Source: Eledone cirrhosa (lineage: Eukaryota). Taken from it: a stretch of 64,000 nucleotides of DNA. The stretch covers positions 114,390,001 through 114,454,000 of the forward strand of contig OZ024742.1 in NCBI GenBank assembly GCA_964016885.1, read 5' to 3'. This document shows, in pieces, positions 25,671 to 39,660 of this stretch. The translations under genes and the position numbers were made by a program. How positions within the stretch are numbered: position 1 is the stretch's first letter; every line of letters begins with the position of its first letter. The notes beneath the pieces were generated by a model. That model made no database searches, was not told the DNA's origin, and saw only the letters and a list, made by a program, of their open reading frames with translations.

Positions 25671-25990
25671 ATGATAAACAGATAAGTGTTTGTATTGTAA
25701 ATGACCAAGTTAACTAATACCTGCCGATGACCACAGAAATTGGAATCTTTCACTTTTTTTAAATTATCGTTGCGAAACTTATTTGGGTTTTGAAGTTTAA
25801 AATTGTCTGCGGAACAGGTTTGGATTTTGAAATTTAAATTTGTCCAGGTATCACGGTTATAGCCAATATGGGTTTGTTTTTATTGATTTATTATTTTAAA
25901 TCGAGACAGGCAAACTGTATTAATTCAATTAGTATTTTTCAATCTAGCTAACTTGGTCATTTACAATACAAACACTTATGTGTTTATCAT
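25671..25990. mobile_element. MITE-like element with ~42 bp terminal inverted repeats
   Basis: ATGATAAACAGATAAGTGTTTGTATTGTAAATGACCAAGTTA at 25671 vs its reverse complement ending at 25990 (1 mismatch); non-coding interior. Confidence 0.75.
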
Positions 25991-26095
25991 ATATTAATTT
26001 ATATTAACTTGTGTTTCACGGCTCAGAAATGCTTCTTTCTTTGAGCTAATTAATTGTAAAGGAATGTTTGAGTTTCTAACTCTAAATATAATATA

Positions 26096-26142
<47 letters not shown>

Positions 26143-27291
26143 CGTGCATGCGTGTGTGTGAGTGTGTGTATATATGCGCGCGCGAGCGTGAGTACGTGTG
26201 TGTGTGTGTGTGTGTGTATGTGTGTATGTGTGTATGCGTGTGTGAGTGCGGGTGTGTGTGGTGTGGGGTGGTGTGGCTGTGAAGGAATCTCGCCATAGAA
26301 TGGCAAGTACGTATTAATATATAAGAATACTACCGTCATGTTACGATGTAAACCACCAGTGGTCGATACTGAATTTGTCTTCGCCAGAGGCCGGTCAAAT
26401 ATATCGCTGTGGCAGTTAACACAAATCACAGGGCTCTCATTTAGGCCAGCTCTCACTATTTCCATCGATCCGATACAGTTACGCAGATATACTATTGTCT
26501 TAAATAGACTCAACAAATTATTTTATTATAACAATTAATCTCTTGGGGCGTGATAAACATATCAACGTAACTAGTAGCTATAAGAAAGTAATTGTCCTTA
26601 AATTAATACTAAGTAACATAGATTAGAATATGACGGTATTTTGTTTATAACCAACATGTGATTGCCATGTATGCGGAAAATGTATTTAGTAGCCATCCTC
26701 TATTTGAATTCTGAGAACGATATTTTTTTCTATGAATGTAAGCATTACACTAGAATACTCATGTTTACACGTAGTTTGAATATTATTGTTACAAATAAGC
26801 ACTAAACCTGCGCATCACGTTTTATATCTATATCCATACACTATCCTCTGGTTACACAATCAGTTGCTGGATGTTTCCAAATGTTCCCTCTGCTTTGAAA
26901 GAGCTTAATGCTATTTTCTTTCTGGCAGTATTGTGTAAATTAGTGTTTCTATGTATTTATTCCAGACAAAATGGCGATTTATACTTGAGTGCCTTTTAAG
27001 CAATTGATTAATATCTGTCGGACTGATTTATTGATTGATATTGTATACTGACACGACAGGTAAGTCCACAGCAACAATTGTAGAAATTAATCGTTTAATT
27101 TCAATAACAAGCATGGACATCCTTTCGTATTAATTTCAAATGCGGACCCTGCGAGAAACAGTCCAAAATCCATAGTAATATGACTGAATATTTAGCACTA
27201 ATAAAATGAATATTAAAATCCGACTTCAGTATTGAGTACTTTCCCCTCAGTCGCCAACCACATCTGGATATATATATATATATATATTTTA

Positions 27292-27329
<38 letters not shown>

Positions 27330-27367
27330 CAAGTATTAACAAAATAGATGTTCTTGTAATCAATTAA

Positions 27368-27435
27368 ATTGTATTATACTTATTTCAGAGGTACTTGAAT
27401 CAGGTTTTAACAGAAACGTCCTCATCAGATAAAAT
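27368..27435 (-). ncRNA. Hammerhead ribozyme relic (same family as 346-414)
   Basis: Minus strand ATTTTAT-CTGATGA-GGA..TCT-GAAA-TAAGTA-TA|ATACAAT; weak stem II. Confidence 0.5.
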
Positions 27436-27612
27436 AAAATGATACATGACATACCCTGAGATATTAGATGGTTAATATTCAATCAAGGCTTTTGTTAATA
27501 TTTGAATTTAATATTAATATCTCTGGAAAATATGACTTGTAGAGTGCTTCCAATCTACTGTAAAATTCATTTTTTGATGTACTCATTGAATCTTGTTTAA
27601 CTCTTTAATATA

Positions 27613-27696
<84 letters not shown>

Positions 27697-27699
<3 letters not shown>

Positions 27700-28215
27700 T
27701 CTAGAATAAAGACGGGTTGGAATAAATTTAGGGAGCTGCTTACTCTGCTGACGAAGAAGGGTTTCTCCCTGCGTACGAAAGGCCGGTTATAATATGACAG
27801 TTTGATGAGCGCGATGCTGCATGGTAGCAACTGCAGAGGATATGCGAGGACTGGAGAGAAAAGAGGCAAGCATGCTCCGTTGGATGTGCAATGTCAATGT
27901 GCGTGAACGACCGAGTATGGATGTGTTGTGAGGGAAACTATGCTTAAGAGGGATAAGTTCCAGTGTGCGGGAGAGAAGACTGTCATGGTATGGACATGTG
28001 ATGCGCATGGAGGATGACCGCTGGGTAACGAAATGCCAAGATATGCCAGTTGAAGGATGATGTAGTAGAGGAAGACCACGAAAAACATGAGCGGCGGTTG
28101 TGAGAGCAGACCTCAGATCGCTGAAGCTCACGGTGGAGATGACTAAGGACCGTGACGGGTGGAGAGATGCTGTGCTGAATAGGAGCCGTCCCACGTAAAA
28201 TGATGATGATGATGA

Positions 28216-28218
<3 letters not shown>
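27697..28218 (+). mobile_element. RTE-clade LINE 3' end with (TGA)n tail
   Basis: KGFSLRTKGRL..SAMLHGS..MLRWMC..RRLSWYGHVMRMEDDRWV..RGRPRKT; ends in TGATGATGA; inserted in (TA)n. Confidence 0.88.
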
Positions 28219-28253
<35 letters not shown>

Positions 28254-28287
28254 TAAATAACAAAGAACGCCTATAGCATATGCATAT

Positions 28288-28345
28288 CTTTACTTGCTAA
28301 CATTGTTTCATCCGCACTATAAGTGGGACTCATCAGAGCATAAAG
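28288..28345 (-). ncRNA. Minimal type I hammerhead ribozyme, canonical core
   Basis: Minus strand CTTTA-TGCT-CTGATGA-GTCC-CACT-TAT-AGTG-C-GGAT-GAAA-C-AAT-G-TT|AGCA-AG-TAAAG; all three stems form; GUU cleavage triplet. Confidence 0.85.
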
Positions 28346-28424
28346 GTTAATTACATACCATACAAGCAATAACAAATCCAAGACATTGAAGAATGAAAAT
28401 TAATAATAGACGATAAAGGATATT

Positions 28425-29150
28425 AAGGAAGTAAAAGTAAAAATAAAGATAAGAATAAAAATAAAAATAAAAATAAAAATAAAAATAAAAATAAGATAAT
28501 AAAATAAACAATGAAAAATAAGGGGTGCTATCAGTCACAGTTGGGCGGGGTGCTGTCAACATATAGTTACATACAAGCATACACATGGATAAGAGAACAG
28601 ACAAGAGTAGATAAGATAGATAGGATTAGGTAAGAGTAGGTAAAAAATAGGTGAAAAACAGACTTATAATATATATAAGAAAATATAAAGAAATACATAA
28701 CAAACTTACATATAAAATATAAAATATACAGATAATAGTGATACAGGGTAAGGAATGAGATAAAATAATATAAAATTAAAATTAAAATTATATAAAATAG
28801 AACATAATATAATATAATCATAAAATAAGATAAAATAAGGTAAACTAAAATAAGATAAAATAGACTAGATTAAAATAATATAATATAAGATATAATTAAA
28901 TGTAATTAAATAAATAAATAAGTAAATAAATAAATAAAAATTAAATAAATAAATAAAATTAAAATTAAAATTAAAATTAAAATTAAAATTAAATTTAAAT
29001 TTAAATAAATAAATAAATAAATAAATAAGTAAATACATAAATAAATAAACAAATAAATAAATAAATGGAATTAAATAAGTAAATAAATAAAATTAGATAA
29101 CATGAAATGAAGTAAAATAAAATAAAATGAAATAAAGTAAATTGAGATAA
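28425..29150. repeat. Low-complexity (TAAAA)n/(TAAA)n/(TAAAAT)n tract within the PLE 3' region
   Basis: Direct inspection. Confidence 0.85.
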
Positions 29151-29166
29151 GATATATTTTTTAGAA

Positions 29167-29317
29167 TATATCTCTTGAATATATCAGGGGCCCACGAAGG
29201 CACTAAGTGTCACAGTTATGTGTATCACTTGACCATTTTTTTTAAATATATTTCTTGAAAATATCAGGGGCCCACGAAGGCACTAAGTGTCACAGTCACC
29301 AGTATCACTTGACCATT
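29167..29317. repeat. ~70-80 bp tandem duplication
   Basis: ATATCAGGGGCCCACGAAGGCACTAAGTGTCACAGT..GTATCACTTGACCATT occurs twice. Confidence 0.85.
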
Positions 29318-30563
29318 GCAAGGCAACGGAGGCGTCCCAGGTTGGGCAGTCTCAAAAGTTCACTCGAAAGTCACGGGTGTGCATTCACACAGTTGAGCGG
29401 TGGGGTAATCACAAACCGGTTCACACCCGGGCAGGAGTCCAATGGTCAGAGAGAGGTGCATCGAAGGAAGGTAGAAGAATTCACGTGCATTAGCAAGCGA
29501 GGTGCAGGCGGGTTAGCCAAAGCAAGCAGACACAGTTGGAGCGCATACAACAGATATATAAAAAGACAGAAGATATATAAAAAATAGCTTCAAGAGCCAT
29601 TAAGTCACCGCATTGGGACATCACAAGATTGTACACATCAATATGTTCAGCACGTATATGCACATATACACACCACATGCATATGCAGAGACGGTATACA
29701 TATATATATATATTTTTTTTTTATATACAGACATATACAACCACCTACACCCATACACATATAAATGTATACACGGACACACACGCACACACACACAGCG
29801 TAGGACACCCGGGTCAAAGCTGATATTAAACACCGAAATACCACATTGGGCCAGACCCACCACCACGGATAATACATTCAAAATAAATACATACGATGAG
29901 ATGTAGAAAAATAAAGTTGAAATCCTACGGAGATATTCATGTCCGCACGTGCCATTGCCCGATTCAAGTGTACACAGACCGTTAGTAACTACGGAGGGCT
30001 ATCGGGGCCAAAACGTTACTTTCGGGATCATAACAACGACCGTCAATATATGGAAGGCCGATCGTGCTAGAAAGACTACAACCCCGGGCAAGAGCTCCCA
30101 GAAGTCAGCCTGTAGATCTTAAACCACAGAATATGAGGGCAACACGTACGTGCGCCACGTATCTACTGCTTACGGCGGGATGGCACAGGTCCGCCCACAG
30201 TTACAGGCTAAATTTCTATTAGTGCAGCCTAAATCACAGTACAGGCTTTACATAAATACATTACATCACAACTCATGCGCATACAGAGGTACAGATCCAC
30301 AAGATATACGTCAGGATAGACCCACCAATGCACCAATGGTGGGTAGGCGAGCGTGGATGGGTTACATCCACTGTGCCAAACAGGGGTGCTTATTAACATA
30401 CACACCCACTCACCCGCACACCCCAATATCCAGATCAATATCCTCCCACAGGCATACATATACATTCACCGACTCATATACATAGACGACCAACAATAGG
30501 AGACAGTTACACACAGTCAGAGACAGTTACACAAGACAGCCCAACTGGAGGAATAAGGAAGTG

Positions 30564-31896
30564 CTAGCTAACAGGTTTAAAGTAGAAGAAAGAGCTTAAT
30601 ATTCGGTGGGGGCAAGAGGAAGATATTTCAGACTTTCTATTTAGTAGAGGGCATTTAGCAAATATAATAGAGTGGGATTCGGCAAGGCATAGGTTACATA
30701 CTCTATTATGAGGAGTATATGGATGGGATTTAGCAACCTGCCGCCAAGTAAGTGTGTAATGTGTTCGTGCATTTTTTAAATTATGGACGTACGCTGCCAA
30801 GGAGGTGGAGTTCCTCAGTTTATTATGTCTAAAAGTGCATTGGTGAGAGTTAAACCTGGTCTTAAAGGGGGTGGAGATTGATCCTATATAGGTCTTAGTG
30901 GACGCCGTAGTTACTACATCACACGCATAAACTATGTTTCTAACAAGGCAGAAACCATTCAGGGGGCAGCCTGAAGCCCTTCTACAGTTACAACCTCTGG
31001 TGATGCTATTCTCAGAATGATCACCACTTGTGTTTCTGCCCACTCTGTCCACTACCGTGTTTTCCCCTAGGCTTAGGTTGTCCAGGCCTTCCTTTATTTT
31101 CTTATTATTAGTAATGGCCAGATGAGAGGCCAGATTTGGGGTTGTAGGATACGAAAGTTTAACAACATTCTTATTGAGGATAGAGTGGTACCTATTACCA
31201 GGAGGGAAGTTCCTTTCTAACACAGAGAAGAAGGCCCTAGGAATATTTATAGCCACTTCAGAATTAAAAGGGGGGTTGAAGTATGTATTCAATCTTCTTC
31301 TATTCATTTTATTCTTTCTATTTCCATCAGTATTATTAGCATTATTATTTCTACGGTTCCTATGCTCACCTAGTCTATGCGGAGGAGCTGCGAGGCCTAC
31401 CATTGCTATTACTTAGACTAATGGTGCCCTGCTGGTTCATTCCACCGGCATCTAGAAACCTCCCATTCACGACACCTCTATTGATATTACTTAGACTAAT
31501 GGTGCCCTGCTGCTTCATTCCACCGGCATTTAGAACCCTCCCATTCGCGACACCTCCATTACCAATGGACATATTATGTGTTATAACAACACTGGTAGAG
31601 CTACTATTAGGACTATTATTTCCCTGGGTGTAATACAATTTGTCCCTAAAGCCGGATCTAGCTAAGGCATCATTATAGTAATCAGCCTGCGAGTCAAACG
31701 CCTCCTCACTATGTGAGAGTGAACTTATTCTGTTAGATACGCCCTTCAGTATACCGCTGATGACCGACCTAGGGTGGTTAGAGTTGGTATTCACGTAAGT
31801 CAGCAATTCATTAGGCTTATGGTACGGTGTGTACGTATGGTTATCCAAGTCCAATGTAACATCCAGGAAGTTCACAGTTCTATCATTTATATCCAT
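30564..31896 (-). pseudogene. PLE RT-thumb/GIY-YIG endonuclease pseudo-ORF (one frameshift near 31400)
   Basis: ORF track 31375-31896 plus 30564-31403 join into one RT-EN frame; ~84 bp internal tandem duplication ([16 protein letters not shown] x2). Confidence 0.88.
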
Positions 31897-31909
31897 AGTA
31901 ATGGATAGG

Positions 31910-32084
<175 letters not shown>

Positions 32085-33250
32085 TAGCAGCATCTGTAAG
32101 AAGTGGGTTAGGATCCTATTTTTGTCAATTTATTACTAGCGCAAACCTCGGTTCTCACATGTAATATTCTCCACTATGTTTACGTCTCTGTTGTATGCTT
32201 GCCCAAATTATGCAACTATTGTAGCCGCTTAAAATAAGCAAAACAAGGAAAACATCGAATTCACAGACACTACTTAAAAATATCGGTTATATATATATCG
32301 ATTATATATATACATCTAATGTTATGTACGTGTCTGCCTGTGTGTGTTTATCAACATTCACATAGGTATCTGTATATACATATATGCATACATAAACCCC
32401 TGGGTATGTGTTTTTGTGTGCCTTTGAATGTGAATGTGACAATCCCAATACAATGTTCCTGTCTTCACTGAATATAGTTTTATTCTAAGTTTCGGAATGT
32501 TTCTCCAATATTTCCATAATTTCAGTTTTATTAACGTTTGCTTCTGAATTATTCACCCATGTTATGTAGTAATTGGAAAATGATGTAGCCAACCTAATAT
32601 TATATGCATGCAGATGTGTGCAATCTGGTAATCTACATGAAATCTGCAGAAATAGGTGTCAAGTAACACCCATCATCTCTTTTTCCTATACACATTTGAA
32701 GCTATATACGTAAGCAGAATGGTGGAAAATATACTACTGTGTGTCATCGTTTATTCAATATAATATTTCTGATAAGCTATGCTTTTCAGTATTTGGGAGT
32801 GTTCGTTTGTTTAACTGAGAGTTCAATTTAATTATATGTGAAAAATCATTTTAAATTCTACTTTTACACGGTGACAACATTTTAACAAGGATAATGCTAT
32901 TAATGTCTAATGAAAAGATAATATTCCCTTGGACAAAAATACATCTGTGTCTATATAAACTTTACCATCAAATATGTTATCTTACTGAATTAGTAATTTC
33001 ACATAAAACATTATACTTAATTCAGATTCACTAGAATATGAGACTTTATAATTCATACTTCATATGATTCATATATCATACACATTCTGCAGAATGCGGC
33101 TTTCTTTGCGAGAAGCTAAGCAGAGGGGAACTGGGGAAAACAAATCTGCCACTAGAAAAATATGTAGCCCACACAAATGATACGCATCGGGCGCTCAAAA
33201 TAAATCTGTATCTTACATAGCTTACATAGCCGATTTTACTCACACACACA

Positions 33251-33316
<66 letters not shown>

Positions 33317-33459
33317 CACACACACATACACACACAAATACACAGACACCCATACACACACATATATGTTGGTACGTGGTGTGTATATGTGTGTGTGTGG
33401 GGTGGGGGGAGGGGTAATAATAAAGAAAGAGATCAAACCCTGAGAGGATTTGATAAGGA

Positions 33460-33527
<68 letters not shown>

Positions 33528-34924
33528 AAAACCACAGACCCTCCATCTCAAATCTACTTTTGAAAAGCAGAAGGACTGTGAAACCGATAAAGGAACCAAA
33601 TAAATATATATATATTTTTTTAAAGACTCCAGTTGCATTTTCGATTTCATCTTTTTTCCCTATACTTTCACTCGTGTAGGACACCTCGATTATTTTTCAT
33701 TTTGTAAAAAAAACCTCCCTTTCTAATATATATATATATATTTATTTATTAAAATAACATTAAAGTTTAAGCAGATAATCATTGCTTTCACCCTTCAGAT
33801 CCCGTTAAGGGTGAAAGCAGCGATTATTTCCTTAAACATATATTTGATATATCCTTATCGAGCCCTCTTGGATTTATTATTATCACTATAATTATATATA
33901 TATATATAAATAGTAATAATAAAAGTAATATAGGTGCTTATATATGTTTAATATACAATTATAAATATGGAGGCTAGTACTAATTACTAACCGGTTACCG
34001 GTATGATAAAAGGCTCAATGCAAATTATCAAGTGTTTTACAGAGCCGAGATACAAAGTATTAAACTTGTTATAACAACCGTTAAGTTGTTTTAACTTTAT
34101 ATCATACAAAGTTAAATCAACTTAACGGCTTATCAGCAGTCTAATAACAATTAATGCAAATCGGACATAATGCAAATCCTAATATTCCTTAATAGAAAAT
34201 TTGAAGATAGGAATGCATAGTATAATATACTTACTATGACAACATAGCCTGTAATTCGGTGGAATTCACTTTTACCAAACACATATCTATAAACTAAACA
34301 CATCTAAAAAAATTTGGACCTCAAACAAAGAAAATTCCATGGTTAACACATCTGAGTTACACCCAACATATACATCTATATACGAACTGCAATATAAAAA
34401 TGTTTGAAGGAAAATTACATCTCACTTAGCATGTACATCTCACTTCGCATATACCACATGTCTCCCTAACATATAGCACGCCATTTAAAAAAAATTAAAC
34501 ATTTCTAACACGTATAATATGCTTTTACATTCTACACTAAATATGCTTATTTCAGCTGTAATATAACTCTTTTCTCATAGATGCCTCATTGATTGTATTG
34601 ACTCCTGCATTATATACCCTTAACATTACCCGATCTCCAATACTATGATATTTTAAGATTTATCTTACATTTTTTCTTGCTTGTAACTTCTTTTGCCTGT
34701 ACTACTTGCTTGTACTTTTTGCACTTTTTACCATTGCTCATTGTAATTGCGTCCTCTGAAGCATAACATTCTGAAGACTAGGATTTTAATAACCTGTTTA
34801 GACATACCCTGTGCTGCGATGATTTCAGACATCCATGTGGAAGAAACAATTATAAGCAAATAAATGTATTAAACAAACATTAGGTTGTTTTAACAATTTG
34901 TATATATATATATATATATTTAAA

Positions 34925-35785
34925 TGAGGAATTGCGGTAAGGAAGTAGATGGACCATAACGCACCGGAATATTCAATACTTACTGTAGTAGAGTGGGTAA
35001 TAAGAAAAAAGTATGACACCGAAGGCAGAGCTCAAGCCTTTTCGACGGCTATTTCTGGACTAAATTAGGATTTTTAGCCTGGTGAATAATAAGCCGAACT
35101 TGTCGAGGTGTACTTCCTTATATGGGAAGATTGTAGTTGTCAATAGGATTGGTCAAAATGTGTTGCAAACATAAATAAGTCTATCATGGCATTTGGTGAG
35201 AGGTAGGGGTGGCTAAACTTGCCTGTGGAACAATGAGGGAGTGAGTTGAGCCGGTCAAGTGTTGAAAGTGACATGTATACATCAGGTCATACAAGCAAAA
35301 CCTACTAATCATAGCAGCTGTTTCTAGACCCTATTGTTTTGTTTATTTTATTCATTTCTCACTCTCTAATTTTATATATATTTTTTATATTTCTTTCTAT
35401 TATTTTTTATTGTCTCCTACTCTCATTCGAATTACCTATTCTATAACTTCCCTCCTCCATTTTCTCCAGAACAATTTTTTTACTTTTCATACACTATCCT
35501 TAGAAACTGTTGTAAACATATCACTTTCAACGCTTGACCGGCTCCACTCACTCCCTCATTGTTCTACAGGCAAGTTCAGCCACTCATACCTCCTACCAAA
35601 TGCCATGACTTATTTGTGTTTACAACATATTTTGACCAATCCTCTTGACAACTACAATCTTCCCATATAAGGAAGTACCCTTGACAAGTACGGCTATTTA
35701 TTTACCAGGCTAAACATTCTAATTTAGTCAAGAAATAGACGTCGAAACGGCTTGAGCTCTGCCGTTGGGGTCATACTTTTTCTTA
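34925..35785. mobile_element. Inverted pair of HHR-bearing pLTRs (sister subfamily of 963-2398)
   Basis: ~35005-35280 (minus) vs ~35515-35785 (plus). HHRs at 35016-35111 (-, core TCGACAA) and 35676-35771 (+, core TTGACAA). The minus copy keeps the tail to ~34925. Confidence 0.78.
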
Positions 35786-36234
35786 TATACATATATATAT
35801 ATATATATTAAATTTGATGGTTTACAACGGGTTAACATTGATCACCAAAATATGAATAAAGCATTCAATGTTTTCCAAATAATCCATCTTCGATATTGAA
35901 CCATGTTGGTGGTACGTGACCGGAGTTAATGCATTATGAAGTGAATTTCCTTAATTTTGTATTTCTGCAAACATTATGCACATTTCAGTGACCAAGTTGC
36001 GTAAGAACCCTTTGACATCTTCAGGTGTAAATTGCGTAATAGATGCATACCAACAAAATTCCACTCACCAAAGTGTTTTAGCTGGTAAAGAGGTGAGTAA
36101 GAGAGTGATAGAAACGCTGTACGCAATAGTTTGACCAATATATATATATATATAAATAGACAGTCGAATAGGTCCGAGGAAACACTGTTTCCGTTGGTCT
36201 TTCCAATTGCCAATACTATCTATCGGTTGCAACT

Positions 36235-36367
36235 GCAGGTAGAAGGAGCAACGTGAAATACAGTGCCATGATCAACGACATAATGCATCGCTCGGTCCAG
36301 TAACCGAAAATCCAACCTCACGATTTTTAATCCATTTCTCTAACCACAGAGCCTCGCGCCCTCTCAC
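36235..36367 (-). mobile_element. tRNA-derived SINE head fragment
   Basis: Minus strand GAGAGGCGCGAGGCTCTGTGGTTAGAG..GGTTACTGGACCG..; tRNA-like A/B-box spacing; related to 39500-39582. Confidence 0.55.
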
Positions 36368-36431
36368 GCAGACACACAAAGACACACATAAATATATATG
36401 TGTATGTGTGTGTGTGTGTAAATGCGTGATT

Positions 36432-36777
<346 letters not shown>

Positions 36778-37441
36778 GCCCATTACTGATATTCATATTT
36801 TGAAAAGTTATTGCAAACACCGCACGCAACACACACAAGTGGTATATACATTGTTCACAAATGTGTATGTGTAAAACAATAAGAATGTCATGTTAAGTGC
36901 CAGAATATCGGAAGCTCTGGTTTTCTTTAAAAAAAACACAAATATAAGCAAATAAGAAATTTATATAGCTACACTGTTCGTTAATATACGAAATACTCAA
37001 GCAAAACGTGACAAATGTAATTTAGAATTTTTCTCATCCAAATAGAGTAAATTTCCCATCCAAATGTCCGTAATCGATACGATAATGCAACCTAAATTTG
37101 TGAATATTACAAAGTTAAATCCAAACACCTCTACTTGTGCAAGTATGATACATAACAACGATTTATGCACGTATGCATGCATTTGATATTAGGGTAGACG
37201 GGGTATTTTTGAATTGCAGTCTAGTTGATTATGCATAATTGATAAAGGGGTATGTGAATCTTTTGTTATAGGAGGGTTACGAGTAAAAGGAGATATTGTG
37301 TTCTATACTAATTAAATTTAGACATACCACTCTTCGGCAAACAGGAAAGTAAAAATACAATATGAACATTTACATAGGCTAGCTTTTTAAGCAAGTAAAG
37401 GTATTAGAAAATATGATTGGAGCATATACCTTCATACAGTA

Positions 37442-38120
<679 letters not shown>

Positions 38121-38121
<1 letters not shown>

Positions 38122-38310
38122 GTTCTTCGGGGTTGAATCGGAGGTAACCACAGTAAGTAAGGTACTCAATACATTGCAGAGTATAACAGTTTTAATATAG
38201 ATGAGATTCTACAGGACTAGAACTGTTTCATTCTTTAGAAATCATCATGATGATTTCTAAAGAATGAAAAGTTCTATTCCTGTAGAATCTCATCTATATT
38301 AAAACTTATA
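38121..38310 (-). mobile_element. pLTR fold-back insertion (third family) with ~58 bp arms
   Basis: 38189-38305 palindrome centred on TCATCA|TGATGA. The arm reads TGATGA-TTTCTAAAGAAT-GAAACAGTT (HHR-like). Tail 38121-38188 resembles 4520-4580. Confidence 0.65.
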
Positions 38311-38321
38311 TATATATATAT

Positions 38322-39097
38322 GAGTGAGAAATAGGAGAAAAGTGAAAATTGAGAGAAACGAAAATGAAAACAAAACAAAGGTAGAAGGGTTACCGTAGTG
38401 GAGATTTAATCCCAATATTTCGGGCTTACGCCCATCAACGGGGGAAAGTTCCAAAAGGGGGGGAACAGGCTAAGCCGGAGAAAGTTGTATTGTCGTTAAA
38501 ACATAGAAAGCCGTTATGGGGAAAATTCAAACGAAGGAAAGAATGCGCGTGTGCGTGATAGGCTGTGGCAAAAGCTACTGACCAATTGGGTTAAATCAAT
38601 AGGGTGCGCTAGGGTGTGAAAGCCGTAAAATATGTGTGTGTAAATATATATGTGTGTGTAACTGTGTGTGAATATGTGTATGTGTGTATGTATGTGAGTG
38701 TGTGTGTGTGAAAGATAGTGGGCCGTAGAAGCTGGAAATCAAAGAGTGTGAAAGGTGGTAGGTTGTATAAACATGTGTGCGTGTATAAATATAGATGTGT
38801 GTGTATATGGGTATGGGTATACATATAAGTGCGTGTGTGTGAAAGATAGTAGGCCGTAGGGGCTGTTACTGGTCACTAAGTGAATTTGAATTTTCCCCAT
38901 AACGGCTTTCCTATGTTTTAACGACAATACAACTTTCTCCGGCTTAGCCTGTTCCCCCCCTTTTGAAACTTTCCCCCGTTGATGGGCGTGAGCCCGAAAT
39001 ATTGGGATTAAATCTCCACTACGGTAACCCTTCTACCTTTGTTTTGTTTTCATTTTCGTTTCTCTCAATTTTCACTTTTCTCCTATTTCTCACTCAC
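38322..39097. repeat. Near-identical ~210 bp inverted repeats around a (TG)-rich spacer (pLTR-like)
   Basis: 38322-38530 is the reverse complement of ~38884-39097. Contains CCGTTGA-T-GGGC-GTRA-GCCC-GAAA-TATT (HHR-like). Confidence 0.8.
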
Positions 39098-39191
39098 TTC
39101 TTACCTCGAGATTTCCCATCTGCATTGTTGTGGCTTTCTAAACTACATATTTTACACATTTCACAATGCTTCAAGCAAACTTTAACACCCT

Positions 39192-39241
<50 letters not shown>

Positions 39242-39309
39242 AATATACGTACATACATATATACACATATACATCACCATTCATTTCATCATCATCATTT
39301 CATTTTACA

Positions 39310-39582
39310 TCCGCTTTTTCCCAGCTTGCAAAGGTGGGACGGGAACTGATTCTGGCTTGATTTCTACAGCTGGATGCCCTTCCTAACACCAACCTCATTT
39401 ACAGTGAGTGATGTGTGCTTTTTTGCCGTGGCACCTCCACAACCACTTTGCAGTGGAATGATAGGGACCCCAGTCCCTAACATCTCATTTCTACAGCTGA
39501 GTAAACTGGAGCAATGTGAAATAAAGTGTCTTGCTCAAGGAAACAACACATCACCCGGTCTAAGAATTGAACTCACAACCTT
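39310..39582 (-). mobile_element. SINE with tRNA-like head and RTE-like tail
   Basis: Minus strand GTGAGTTCAATTC (B-box), CCTTGAGCAAGACACTT body, GGTGTTAGGAAGGGCATCCAGCTGTAGAAA; ends at a (TGA)n-like tract. Confidence 0.65.
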
Positions 39583-39615
39583 TCGACATATACATATATA
39601 TAAATATATAGATAC

Positions 39616-39656
<41 letters not shown>

Positions 39657-39660
<4 letters not shown>

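Noticed and set aside
26966-27059. AG..GTAAGT exon-like segment on the + strand
   Set aside because: Stops in all three frames; lies antisense to MCM-like copy 3.
30564-31403. Possible selenoprotein-type (Naiad) PLE
   Set aside because: The endonuclease is C-terminal and conserved Cys residues are ordinary codons with no in-frame TGA.
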